A stretch of DNA of 64,000 nt from Phyllosticta citribraziliensis (Eukaryota), in NCBI RefSeq assembly GCF_038025025.1, contig NW_027117351.1, forward strand, positions 682,001-746,000, in the 5' to 3' direction. Both the position numbers and the translations under genes were made by a program. A model generated the notes under the pieces. It saw nothing but the letters and a program-made list of their open reading frames with translations, searched no databases and had not been told where the DNA came from. Shown one piece after another: positions 40,974 to 52,409 of this stretch (within the stretch, counting starts at the first letter, position 1; each line of letters begins with the position of its first letter).

Positions 40974-41024
40974 CTCGCCCCTCGCCCCTCGCCCCTCGCC
41001 CTCGCCCTCGCCCTCGCCCTCGCC
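40974..41024. repeat. (CTCGCC)n microsatellite
   Basis: Directly visible upstream of apsA. Confidence 0.85.
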
Positions 41025-41383
41025 TCCGCCCTTCTTCCACTTCCGTCGCACATGGCCACATGCGACGACGCGACGATCCCATTTCCCATCCATCTCTCAT
41101 TAACCTGTGAATGGACAGACCACCAGTCCTTCTCTCGCTCCCTCCCCGCGGGACCCCTGACGACCAACGGCAACGGGAGCCATCGAGAACCCCTCGAGCC
41201 GTCGCGGGAGATCTGCGCATCGCCGCCAGCCCACCTTGCAGCTCGCTGCATTCGACTGCAGCAGCTTGCAAAGCCTATCTGCTGCTCTCTTGTCGTGCGC
41301 CCGTCTCCCAGGCCCAACGCGGCCACCACCCGGCGCCGAACGTGAGCCATGGGCCATGACTTCTCAAACAACAACAACCTTGT

Positions 41384-41384
41384 C

Positions 41385-41455
<71 letters not shown>
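41384..41455. repeat. (CAA)24 microsatellite
   Basis: Perfect trinucleotide run starting a few bases 3' of the terpene cyclase stop codon. Confidence 0.95.
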
Positions 41456-41461
41456 AACAAC

Positions 41462-43267
41462 TCAGGGGACCAAAACGACCTGTCGAGTCTCGCGCACGCG
41501 GTCGACCTCCTTGCCAAAGTAACGCTGCGACTTGAAGCTACTCGTCACATCAGCCCTTTTCTTTTTGACGTCCTGTGCCACACGAGACACGACGTGGCAC
41601 GCGGCCGACGCCCCGGCAACGCGACCAGGTTGTAGGATTCTGTACTCACCTCCAGCGAACATTGGCCTTTAGCACGTTAAGGCATCCTTGGAGATACTGC
41701 TGCACCTGGGCGTCCACCTTCTCTCCCCAGCTCGGAATCTCGGAATGCGAAATATACCACTGTCGGTAGCAGCCATGCAGCAGCTCATTGGCCTTGTCAT
41801 AGCTCTGCTGCTGCGAGAGACCTAATCTCCGGCGGAATATTGAGATGAGGTTCTGGCTGTGGCCAACACTCTGTCATGGGTCAGTTGTTGTTCTGTTTCA
41901 GACTCCCCTACTCGAGAGTTGACCAGTCACACTCACGTGTTCTCGATGGTATGACAAAATGTCATTCTGCCTGTGTGTCACCGTCTTTGTCAGCCTGCTG
42001 AAAAGCTTCCCCTGTCTCCTTTGACGTCGCTGCTTACAGTGTCAACATCTCGGCCACTAGTCGCTCAATATCTCGAATCGCCTTGCACTCAAACACCGCC
42101 TGCGGTAGCCTTAGGCCGCACGCATATCTATAGCACTCCGTCAGCCTGATCTTTGGTCGAGCCAATTCCTGGCGTCACTCACTCTTCCAACGACAAAAGG
42201 GGGTATAGACCAATGTTCTGCGCTCGGATGTGCAGGTACCGCGTAATATTCTCCATCACCACCATGTCGTCGAATTCTTCGCCATGCAGTTCTGCGACAC
42301 TCCTGCAAAAGTGTATGTTGGACTTGACATATCTCTCTCGGGCGTCTGCTCGGCTGTTAGTCACTGCACTTTTGCCTTGTTGGAATCCATCGACTCACCG
42401 TCGCATGTCGACGTTCCCACCCTCTCCCAGATGGAATGGAAGAGCTGCTGCAGGGGTGTGCTGGCCACCGCCGCAGAATTTTTTGCTTCTCGCTCAAACT
42501 CCGGGTTCATTTTTTGGTTGTCCTCGTCGGATGACAGGGCTTCCTCGAGTTCGCCGGACGTTGTTTCGATTGGAGACGTCGACCATGGCCCGAGCGCGGA
42601 CCGCCGTCTGACAACGGGTGTGCTGCATCCTTGTGGAACAAGAACGGCAACCATACCCGCGACTTCAGCCCTGCCCTTCTCACGGTCTATGCCTAGTTCG
42701 CCTTCATCGAACTCTGCCGAGGGTCAGCAACGTCAAGCGGCAGCACAGTAGGTGTCTAAAGAAATCATGTCCCCAAGCTCGTACTGCGATGACGCGTCTT
42801 GGGAGCATTCGGTCACCACTGTTGACGAAGCCAGGGAGCTGTCGTCTGCTGCCACAGTTGCAACCAGGAAGCTGTCGTCCACTGCAGCAGCTATACCCGG
42901 GGAGTATCATTTCTTTCGACACCGACTTTGGGAGGGTAGGGGCACACTAACGATCGTCAAACTCGAATACCTGGGCGCACTGTTAGCGTCTACCCCTGAC
43001 AACATCGTCTTTGATTGGTTCGATGCTCACCCAGTAAATCCAGTCACAGACTGTCCGAAGTTCCTCTTTGCCGACGTCAGGACACAGGATGGCACTGAAG
43101 TAGCAAAAGTCTGCAGCACAGCGACGCTTGATGTCCTTCTCGCTGAGGCTTTGCCACAGGTTTGCCCTCATCCACTCTTCCGACTCTTTTCTCACTTGCT
43201 CGTAATGTGGGTTGACTTTGGGTTCTGGAGCAATGAAACTGACGAGAAGGTCAGGAAGAATGGCCAT
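41462..43267 (-). CDS. Class I terpene cyclase (sesquiterpene-synthase-like), 8 exons, 384 aa
   Basis: Exons 43267-43031, 42970-42952, 42713-42399, 42345-42183, 42127-42038, 41970-41937, 41870-41650 and 41537-41462 total 1155 nt and stay in frame. Motifs: LPDL..VNPHY, ELRTVCDW, DDQFD (DDxxD), NDILSYHRE (NSE triad) and WSFKSQRY. An alternative in-frame ATG lies at 43429. Confidence 0.93.
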
Positions 43268-44556
43268 GTTTGCAGCCTCCTTGGTCGTCTCCTTCTTGAT
43301 CAGGCGGACGGTTTGCCGTGCGGGCCTCTTGGGCTTTGCAGTCTTGAACGGCCTGCCGGGGAGGGTTGATGAACGACCCAAGGCCGTAAAAGAAATGCTG
43401 AGCCCAGGTTCGTCGGTGGCGAGCAACATGGTATATTGCTTTTTTGTTGTTGACGATACGCCGCTTTCGCTTTGACGTTGGTCCCAAGTGGTCTGAGATT
43501 GCCACAAGCTTTTGATGGTCTCTTGTCTTCCAAAGAAACAAGGCCCTTGGAATATCTTATATGCAAAAGCCCCAGCGGGATTAACCGCCGGAGTGCCCGC
43601 AGGCCCTGCTCTTCGCCGCTACTTTTTTTCAGGCGACTATCTCAAGAATTTCCAAGCAAAGTCACAGAACCACTGTCTCATCCTGCGGTGCATATTCCTG
43701 ATTCTGGCAGGTGGACTATACTGGGAATGCTTAGAACATGAGTTGGATGGTAGCCTAAAGGCCATGCCCGCATGTGGATTGACACGCCCTGTCTTCCGTG
43801 AGGGTGGTGGAGGCTAGATCGCCTTGGCTGTGAACACTATCCTATAAGCGGTCCTCACAAAGGCTTTGAATGTCTTTGTGCAACGGCATCAATACAGATC
43901 GATGATCGATTCCATGGTACATCTGACCGACCTTGTCGGCAGTTTGAAGATCTGGGCCCTAGGTGCTCATCGGCTTTATTTTTACATGGCCATGCGCTTC
44001 CCTACCGGGCACCGTTAATTCCGAATGAAGGAGCGTAGGACAGGAGGTCCCTGAAGACGCATAAGACCGAGTCCAGGGTGGCTAGAAGGGTCCGATGGCG
44101 TCTTGTGAAGGTACAGGCACACTCAGGGCTGAACATTTGGCCTTCTAGCTCAGAATGTGGGCTTCATTGGACCAAAAGCAGACTGGGCATGGCCTCGTGA
44201 ACAGGCTGGGTACGAATACTGGTGGCACAATGTCTTCATGGGTGATGTCAGCACCGTTGAGGCTTTTGGAAGGAACATCATCAGGCGGACATGAAGGGCT
44301 ATGCTGAATATTCATGCGGTGTTGTTGGAGTCGACGACGCGTGGAGCCCTAGGGCGAGCCCTAGCATGGCATAGCTTCGGATGACTAAACAGGCGGCGGG
44401 TGTTGACGCGCGACGTGGACAGGATGCGGCAAACCGGAGGTCTTGCCCGCCATGAACCGCCATCGACATTCCAACTGCAACTTCGTGTCAGCTGCGCTCG
44501 AAGACCTGACAACGCCGTTTGACTCGCCTGATTGACACGTCGCATCTCCCTTCCTC

Positions 44557-45555
44557 ATGGATGCACCCGTTGTCTTCAAGAAACGCTCTGGCAAGGGCGC
44601 GCCGCGCCGAGTCGCACCGCCACCCCGATCTCCCTCTGCGTCCTCAGATGCTGATTCAGGCTCCGATGGCGACGATGGTCGCAAAGTAAAACGGCGCAAG
44701 ACAGCCTCGATCGCCGTCGTCAACGCCTCATCTGCCGCGCAAAAGGCCAAGATCGAAGTCGAGGGTGTCACAAAATATGCCGCAGACACGTCGGCCTCCA
44801 TCAAGGACAACAACGACGCCACCAAGCAGTCCAACTGGTACGACGAGAACGCACCGGAGGCGCTAAGCGCGGAAAACCTGCTGGGAAAAACTCGAGCGAA
44901 GAGAGACGCGGACAATGACAATGACGAGGGCAGAGACGGCACGTACAAGGGCCAGAAAAACTACTCCAACTTCATCCAAAAGAGCGCCGATGGCCCCAAG
45001 GTCGGTCCTGTCAAGCCAATCAACAGCAACGTCCGCATGGTGACGCAGATCGATTACGCTCCCGATGTCTGCAAGGACTACAAGCAGACGGGTTTCTGCG
45101 GTTTCGGCGACAGCTGCAAGTTTCTGCACGCCAGAGAAGACTATGCTGCAGGGTGGAAGCTAGACCGGGAATGGGAAATCAATACCAAAGGCAAGAAGCT
45201 TGGTGGAACCGTGGTCTCGTCGGCGAACCGCGACGCCAAGACTGGCGAGGACGAGGAGAATGAGGAGGAGGCCAAGCTTCTGGAGAAGATTCCGTTTGCC
45301 TGCATCATTTGCAAGAAACCATATGCCCAGCCTGTGGTGACGAATTGCGGGCACTACTTTTGCGAAAAGTGCGCCTTGACGAGATTCAGGAAGAATCCGA
45401 GCTGTGCCGTGTGTGGTGCTGGAACTGGCGGAAGATTCAATGATGCCAAAAACTTGAAGAAGCTGCTGGAGAAGAAGCGGGAGAGGGAGTGGAAAAAGAA
45501 GGAGAAGCTGAGGGAAGAAGGACAAGAAATCAGCGATGGCGAAGGCGAGGATTGA
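44557..45555 (+). CDS. CWC24: Pre-mRNA splicing factor Cwc24 (CCCH finger + RING)
   Basis: Intronless ORF with DYAPDVCKDYKQTGFCGFGDSCKFLHAREDY and a RING CIIC..CGHYFCEKC..CAVC. Confidence 0.97.
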   Translation: MDAPVVFKKRSGKGAPRRVAPPPRSPSASSDADSGSDGDDGRKVKRRKTASIAVVNASSAAQKAKIEVEGVTKYAADTSASIKDNNDATKQSNWYDENAPEALSAENLLGKTRAKRDADNDNDEGRDGTYKGQKNYSNFIQKSADGPKVGPVKPINSNVRMVTQIDYAPDVCKDYKQTGFCGFGDSCKFLHAREDYAAGWKLDREWEINTKGKKLGGTVVSSANRDAKTGEDEENEEEAKLLEKIPFACIICKKPYAQPVVTNCGHYFCEKCALTRFRKNPSCAVCGAGTGGRFNDAKNLKKLLEKKREREWKKKEKLREEGQEISDGEGED

Positions 45556-45981
45556 TGAATCGGTGGAGTTGGGTTCGACTTTGAAGTCGAGCAGCTGGTC
45601 TCGCCTCACTTTTGCTTCCCATTCCTCTCCTTCGCATTCGCTTTCAATCTTTTGTATTGGAAGGATTTGCCACCAGAATGGCGAACACGGCCGATCTCAC
45701 GATCACCGCACCCCGGAGTTGATGTGCATGTGAGGCCGGAGGTCTTCTAGACCTAGACGTTCCAACATTACACGGTCGAGCCGCAGGCGTTCGAGATGGC
45801 AATCACACCACGATCGGCTTTTGAAAACAGCAGTTGGATTTACCATCGGGCTAGAACTGACCATTATCAAAAGGACGGCACGCAATCTGTGACCACCTTT
45901 CGTACCTGCCACCACTATCTGGAAGCCCGCACTCAAGGCTGCCGGCCATTCCGAAGCCTCAACAAGAGCCACTTTTTCCCC

Positions 45982-46718
45982 TTAGTCGTACTTTTTCATA
46001 ACTTCATTGCCTTCGACCATTTCTGCAAACCCGTCAATCGCAGTACTATGCGCCCAAGGCTTCAGCGCAATCTCTTCGCGAATCGTTTTGGCAAAGCATC
46101 CACTCCAACCCATCCTTGGCCACTCATGGACGACCGCCTCTACAGTCCCCTCGTGTACCATGTCGCAGTAGTGACCCATATTGTCGAACTCGGTCGCCAG
46201 CTGGATCAGCATGCCCAAACAACTGATGGTACCCGTCTCGCCCGGGTCCTGGTGTCGCAAGACAGCTTCGCAGACACTCTCGGCCTGGGCCGTGGGCGCG
46301 CCGAGGTCGCGCAGGGTCGCAAGAGCGTGGATGCCGCCCCAAAAATCAAACGAGAGGTTGGTGCCACTCAGGTTCCCTGCCGTGGTGCCGATGTCGTGGA
46401 ACAGGCAGGTCAGCAGCCACGTCTCGGCGTCAATCCAGTCTTCGGATAGCCAGCTGGGAACTGGGTCTGCAGCAGAGACATGCCGTAGTAATAGACGCGG
46501 AGGCTGTGGGAGTACGTCTCTGGCCGCAGCTGCGGTTTGACATGCGCTATGGCCGCGCCGATGAGGGGTGTGTTTGGGTATGGCAGCGAGGAGACGGACA
46601 GCGGCGAGGGTGTGTTGACGTGCCGTTTGTTGTCGAGCAACACCTTTGGATTGCGTGGGACGGCGTGCCAGCCGAATCGCGGACTCCCGTTAGCGTTGGT
46701 GTTGGTGTTGGATGCCAT
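45982..46718 (-). pseudogene. Cyanamide-hydratase-family HD-domain protein (DDI2/3-like) with a 1-nt frameshift (pseudogene or sequencing error)
   Basis: Frame A: MASN..FGWHAVPR..ETYSHSLRVYYYGMSLLQTQFP. Frame B: SWLSEDWIDAETWLLTCLFHDIGTT..SFDFWGG..AESVCEAVLRHQD..LIQLATEFDN..WPRMGWSGCFA..KPWAHST..NEVMKKYD*. The frames join if one C is added at 46456-46458. Confidence 0.85.
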
Positions 46719-47745
46719 GGCCAGCTGCAAAGGGAGCGCGAGTGTGTGCGAAGAGTGTCTGAGTTTGATGCTGGGGATCGGGAACTTGCGCCTTTTATCA
46801 GCTCGATCGGTCGCTGCTCGATTCACCGGGCTCTAACTTCTCAATCAGGAGGTGTTGAGAGAACAATGCCCTTTTGTGAAGCTGAACTTACAGCGGGGGT
46901 TGGGTAGCTTCCCTCGACATCAGACGGTCGTCAGTGCGAAGGTACAGCAACGACGCGGCTATTACGTCAAACTGCGGGGAAAGCTCCATGCCATTCTGGG
47001 TAATCCGCATAGCTGCTCAGCGACGGCATCCAAGACCACCATCGAGTTCTAGACTGGAGCCACGCCACATCGTCCGTCCTTCAGTTCTCTTGCTGCGCTC
47101 GAGAGGACCCGCTTCCGACAGCTCTGAACCTGAACCGTTCCCTCGGGTGGCAGCTACCGATGCAAGGCGCAGAAACGGGACGGGATGCATGGCCCCCAAA
47201 TTACTGAAAGACACTTGCTGTACCGCTCGCCCGGCAGTCATTTGGGAGGCAAGGGATCCGCGAGCCTTTCACTGGTTGCAGAAGTCGTGGCACTCCCATC
47301 GCTGAAGAAGTGCAGAGAGGGAGCGTTCAAGTACTCAGCAGGAAAAACAGCAGGGACCATCCAAGGTCCGCATCAGGATGGACTTCGGGAGCAAACAAGC
47401 AGGCATCGGAGGTCGACCGTGTGGCCCCCACTCCGCTAACTCCGTCTGTCTGGTTTATTGGAAAATCGACCGAAGACTGTCGCGAAAGCTCACACCGGTG
47501 GAACCCTTCCAGAAGCTACAACGCTATCTTCTCTTCGGTATGTTGCCGTGGACAAATCTTGAGCCTCCTCTCACAACAGTAGCTACACCTCAGCTGAGTC
47601 GGGTCTTTTTGAGTCAGACCTGGGTTATACTGACAAACAGGCCAGGCCCGCCGCTAGATAAGATAAGTCTAAGCCTTCAGGCTTGGACGCTTGAATTGGA
47701 TACAGCTGTACAACTTTTCGGCCCTGAAATTTTCCTTCGTGCAAG

Positions 47746-49106
47746 ATGCGCGACATGTCTTGCTTTCTGGCGTTGGTGCGCGCCCTGGTGCTGAGCTCGC
47801 TGCTGACAGGGACGCGGGCGTCTGCGGACACCGAGAAAAAGTACTCGGTATGGATGGCCAATAGCATCATCTCGCGGGGCCAAGGCGTCTTGACGGGCGA
47901 GGGAGACTCCTCAGCGCTTCTTCAGGCCGGATTTACCCAGAAAGGCTTCCGTCGATTGCTTGAACAGTATTCAGGCGACAGCTCGGCGGGGCTTATTGAG
48001 GGATATGTCAACAAGAGCGTGGACTCGACCATTAGCACGGTCAGCGTCACCACCAAGCTCACGAATTACCCCCTGGATCGACTGTCCAATGGCAACAACT
48101 TAATCGACTTGTTCTTAGAAACCGGCGATGCAACGTACCGCCAGAGCTTTGAATCTTTGCGCGAGTCCATCAACCTGCAGCCCCGCAACGTCGAGAGCGG
48201 CCTGTGGTACTACACCTACAAGAATTGGTCGTACCTGGATGGGATGTACTCGTTGGCGCCCTTTTATTCGTACTACACTGGGCTCTTCGATCAGGACAAC
48301 ACCACTGCCATCGCCGACATTGTGCTGCAGCTGGATCTCCTGTGGGAGCACTGCTACGACAACGCTACCGGACTTCTCTTCCATGGCTACGACGAATCGA
48401 AGACGGCCGTATGGGCAAATCCGGAGACAGGCGCCAGTCCTCACGTGTGGGGTCGCGCCTTGGGATGGTACTTCATGGCGCTCGTGGACACTCTGGAGCT
48501 CCTTCCGGTTGAGCGACAATCGGAGGAGTGGACCGGCCTGTTGGACAAGTTTCGGACGCTGGCCTGCGCCGTGGTGCAGTCTGCGGACGAGGCTTCTGGA
48601 GCCTGGTGGCAGCTTTTGGATCAGCCAGGACGCGAGGGCAACTACATTGAATCGAGCGCATCGGCAATGTTTGTGTATGCCTTGCTCAAAGGCGAGCGCC
48701 TGGGATTCTTTGAATCCGCGACACTTGGCACGGATTCTCCCAATAACGACGTGGAGATTAGCACGAATGCATCCGGTGATAATGAGATGGAGATTGTCGC
48801 GACGTCGACTTCGCATGCGCAAGTCGCGGACAAGGCCTACGACTACATTTTGCACAATTTCGTTGTGCACAATGGAAACGGAACACTCAGCTACAACGGC
48901 ACCGTTGGCGTCTGCAGTTTAAACTCTACAGCTTCGTACGAGGTGAGTTGTGGGCCGAGGCCGGATTTCCCGTTTCTGTTTACTCACTCAACCCTGACAC
49001 GTTTGGCCAGTATTACGTGCAACGCCCAATCAACTATGACAGCGTCCTGGGATCTGTCGCCTTCATCCTCGCATCGCTCGAGCATGAGATCAAGGACAGG
49101 GAATAG
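47746..49106 (+). CDS. Secreted GH105 unsaturated rhamnogalacturonyl/glucuronyl hydrolase
   Basis: Exons 47746-48942 and 49011-49106. Signal peptide, WSYLDGMY, GLLFHGYD, SPHVWGRALGWY, GNYIESSASAMFVY and C-terminal GSVAFILASLE. Confidence 0.9.
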
Positions 49107-50323
49107 CAATACGAGTCTTGCGCATGTTATGGACTTTGCGCCGATCGCGACGCATAAACTTTCCGTTCTTTACCCGGGTCATGAGAGGTCCGGAATTCGA
49201 TGGGTGTGCTGCGGGGCAAGATCGCAAAGAACTCTGCCTTGCCCAGAGGTGATGCAACCGGCAGCATCTGAGGCTTCTGGTGTCTCGCACGTGAGACACG
49301 GTTCGGTCACATGCAATGCCCAAGTGCTGGAGAGAACGAGGCGGCTAAGATTCGAATAGGACTAGAAGAATCCACCCATGTTCAGGGTCCCAAGAAGGAT
49401 TTTGACTGATACCTTTGACTGCATACAGACATTTGGGATCGCGAGTGATGTAACGCCTGAGCAGATCTCGGTGGCCGCGAGCGTGCCAGAAAAAGCTCGA
49501 CACCGTTTAGGACCAAAAAATCGAGGGGCTAACTGGATGTGGCTGACGCAGGATCAAAAAGAAAAGCTGCAGGTTTCGATTGTCGAATGAAAGTGTCGGA
49601 TGCCTGGGTGGGCGTTGAGGCTCTGCGATGGGACAAGAGGGAGAGGCGGACGCGGGCTTCGCGTCTTTCAGAACCCGAACGGCACCGGTAACCGTCTTCG
49701 CACAATCGCCCCCAACGTCATCGTCATGCTGACCCATCCTACTAAGGATACTGAATTCCATTCACCATTATACAAAGAAAGTCGCCCCCAATGCTGCTAT
49801 TCGGAGTGTTTGCTTACCCCGTGCCGTCGTTATCAAAGCCCTTCGTTACACCTTGGACACCGCTTGGGGAAAGGCGCCAAGTGACATCAGCTTTCTTGCC
49901 CACACCAGTGGTTCTGACTGGATATGACTTAGCCGCGGGCTGTCTGTTGGAGACGGAGACAGCTACTGCGGACTTCCGCTGCCGAGCCCCATATAGTCAA
50001 ACGACACAACCCTTCGCATTCCGAAAAAACTGACCCCTGGCCGGAGCCTGCTCGTCCCGCCAGTGGTATCAAGTTGGTCATAGATATCCGGTTGTTCTCA
50101 CCTAGCGGAAGATCATTGACAACCATCGCCCTCGGTTCCCTTCGATGTTCGGTACCTGAAAATTAGTGAATCTTAGACAACAAAAGAAGTCCGGTCTCTC
50201 CCTTTTCGATTCTGGAGTTGCAGTCACCTTTCATTCCTTCAGTTACTTGTACGCAAATCGGTTTCCTGCTTTCGATATTGGTTCCTACAATCCGAGCGTC
50301 CGTTTCCTCCCAGCACTGCCGCC

Positions 50324-52409
50324 ATGGCACCGGCTTCGCAACCTTACTCCACTTACAGCTTCAATGGGAGGAAGTTCACATATCCTACCCGGCCAGATGG
50401 ATTGCCCAGGTCACCACGGTCCCCGCTCCCTCCGGCCTTGGTGGCCGGGGACAACGGTCTGTCCTTTCCTGGTCGAAGCTACCACACAAGAGCACAAAGC
50501 AACGGCACTGCCGTCTCCAATCTCCGCAGTCCTACCTTTTTCAACGAAGATGACGCCAGTACCATTGGACGCCGCAGCATGGACTACGACGACGAGGCCA
50601 GACTCAAGTCATCCTACCCGCCATCTCACCGCTCCTCGCTCCAACGAGATGTTGAATCACTCAAGAGGGACATGGAATTGCTCAAGAGGGACATGGACCT
50701 TGAGTCACAAAAGTCACGGTCGCAGCAGGAGTTTGTTCTGCCACCGCCACCACCTCCTCCAGCAGGAGGTGAGAAGGGAGGTCCTCCTCTAGATCTCAAC
50801 ATAGTAGGCTGGAGTGGCCCAAATGATCCGGTAAGCTGAGGCTGGAGTTTTGGGCAATAACGAGCTGCGAGACTGACGGAGTGTGTAGGAAAATCCCCAA
50901 AACTTCTCCACTTGGAGGAAGTGGATCATCACCTTGTCGCTGTCTATGATCACCTTTTGCATTACCTTTTCGTCCAGCGTCTTCAGCACGGCTACGTTCG
51001 TTGCAGCGAAGGAATTCCACGTCTCAACTGAAGTAATGACTCTCGGTACTAGTCTGTTTGTTGCAGGTGTGTCTTTTGTCTTCCCTTTGTCCGTCCCCTA
51101 CTGACATGATATCCAGGATTCACTGTCGGTCCGCCTATATGGGGTCCATTGTCGGAAATTCTCGGCCGTCGGCCACCCCTTTTCTTTGCTTTCTTCGTCT
51201 TCGCCATTTTCCAAATCCCTGTCGCGGTTGCGCAGAACATTGAGACTGTCATGCTCTGCCGATTTTTCGGCGGAGTCTTTGGATCCTCGCCACTAGCAAT
51301 CGTCGGCGGCGCACTGGTTGACTTTTGGAATCCGGTCGACCGTGGCATTGCAGTGTCAGTCTTTGCTGGCGCCGTCTTCCTGGGCCCTTGCGCTGGTCCT
51401 ATCGGCGGTTCCTTCATCGTTGCAAACAACGATCTCGGGTGGCGCTGGACACTGTGGGTGACGATGATCATAAGCTTTTTCTTCCTGATCATCGGCCTTT
51501 TCTGCATTCCAGAAACCCACGCCGGCACTATTCTTTCAGCACGCGCAGCGAGGATGCGTCGCGAGACCGGGAACTGGGCCCTCCATGCCAAAGCTGAGGA
51601 GGCTCCCGTCGACATTGGAGCGATTGCAAAGAACGTCCTGGTCAAGCCTTTTGTCATGTTGACCAAGGAGCCAATCCTGCTCTTCGTCACAATCTACATG
51701 ACCATTGTGTACGGCATTCTCTACCTCACCTTTGAAGCCTTCCCAATCGCCTTCTCAGAGAAGCGTGGCTGGAAACCGACTATCGCCTCGCTCACCTTTT
51801 CCGCCGTTACTGTCGGTGTTCTGATCGGCGTCGTTTTCGTTGTCGTCTTTACCAAGACGTATGTGGCGCGCATCTACCGCGAGAAGGGCAGTGTTCCTCC
51901 GGAATTGCGGTTGATTCCCATGATCGTGGGTAGTCTGGTGTTCCCCGCAGGTCTGTTCACTTTTGCATGGACTAGCAACCCTCACATCCTCTGGGTTCCG
52001 CAAGTGATTGCTGGCGGCCTCATCGGCTTGGGTCTGTTCCTTGTCTTCTTGCAGGGCCTCAACTACATCATCGATGTGTACCTCATGCACGCCAATAGTG
52101 CCATTGCTGGAAACACAATCTTGCGCAGTCTTTCGGGCGCTGGCTTTCCCCTTTTTGCCGTGGCCATGTGAGTATTATCTTCCCCAAACGCTTGCTGGTT
52201 CCTCATTACTTCCGCCTGATCTACCTCATTAACGAGCGAGCTGGTGGCTAACGTGCTCCTCGTTTCATAGGTACCACAACCTCGACGTCGACTGGGCGAC
52301 TTCGCTTCTCGGCATCGTCTCTGTCGTTCTGATTCCGGTACCGGTTCTCTTCTACATCTACGGCTCACGCTTCCGCAAGACGAGCACATACAGTCCGGTC
52401 AAGAACTGA
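50324..52409 (+). CDS. MFS drug:H+ antiporter, DHA1 family (Tpo1/Flr1-like)
   Basis: Exons 50324-50830, 50889-51066, 51117-52167 and 52271-52409. Motifs WSGPNDPENPQN, GPLSEILGRR, RFFGGVFGS, WRW, PETH and PPELRL, with about 12 hydrophobic segments. Confidence 0.93.

Noticed and set aside
40922..41535. Poly-Leu and poly-Thr ORFs
   Set aside because: Artefacts of the (CAA)n microsatellite.
46461..46483. 23-nt GC-AG micro-intron that would restore the HD gene frame
   Set aside because: Far shorter than any other intron here, has no branch site, and would delete the conserved-looking MSLLQTQF helix.
48943..49359. C-terminal part of the 537-aa GH105 ORF-track call
   Set aside because: It reads through an intron (48943-49010); the spliced form restores the conserved C-terminus and stops at 49106.
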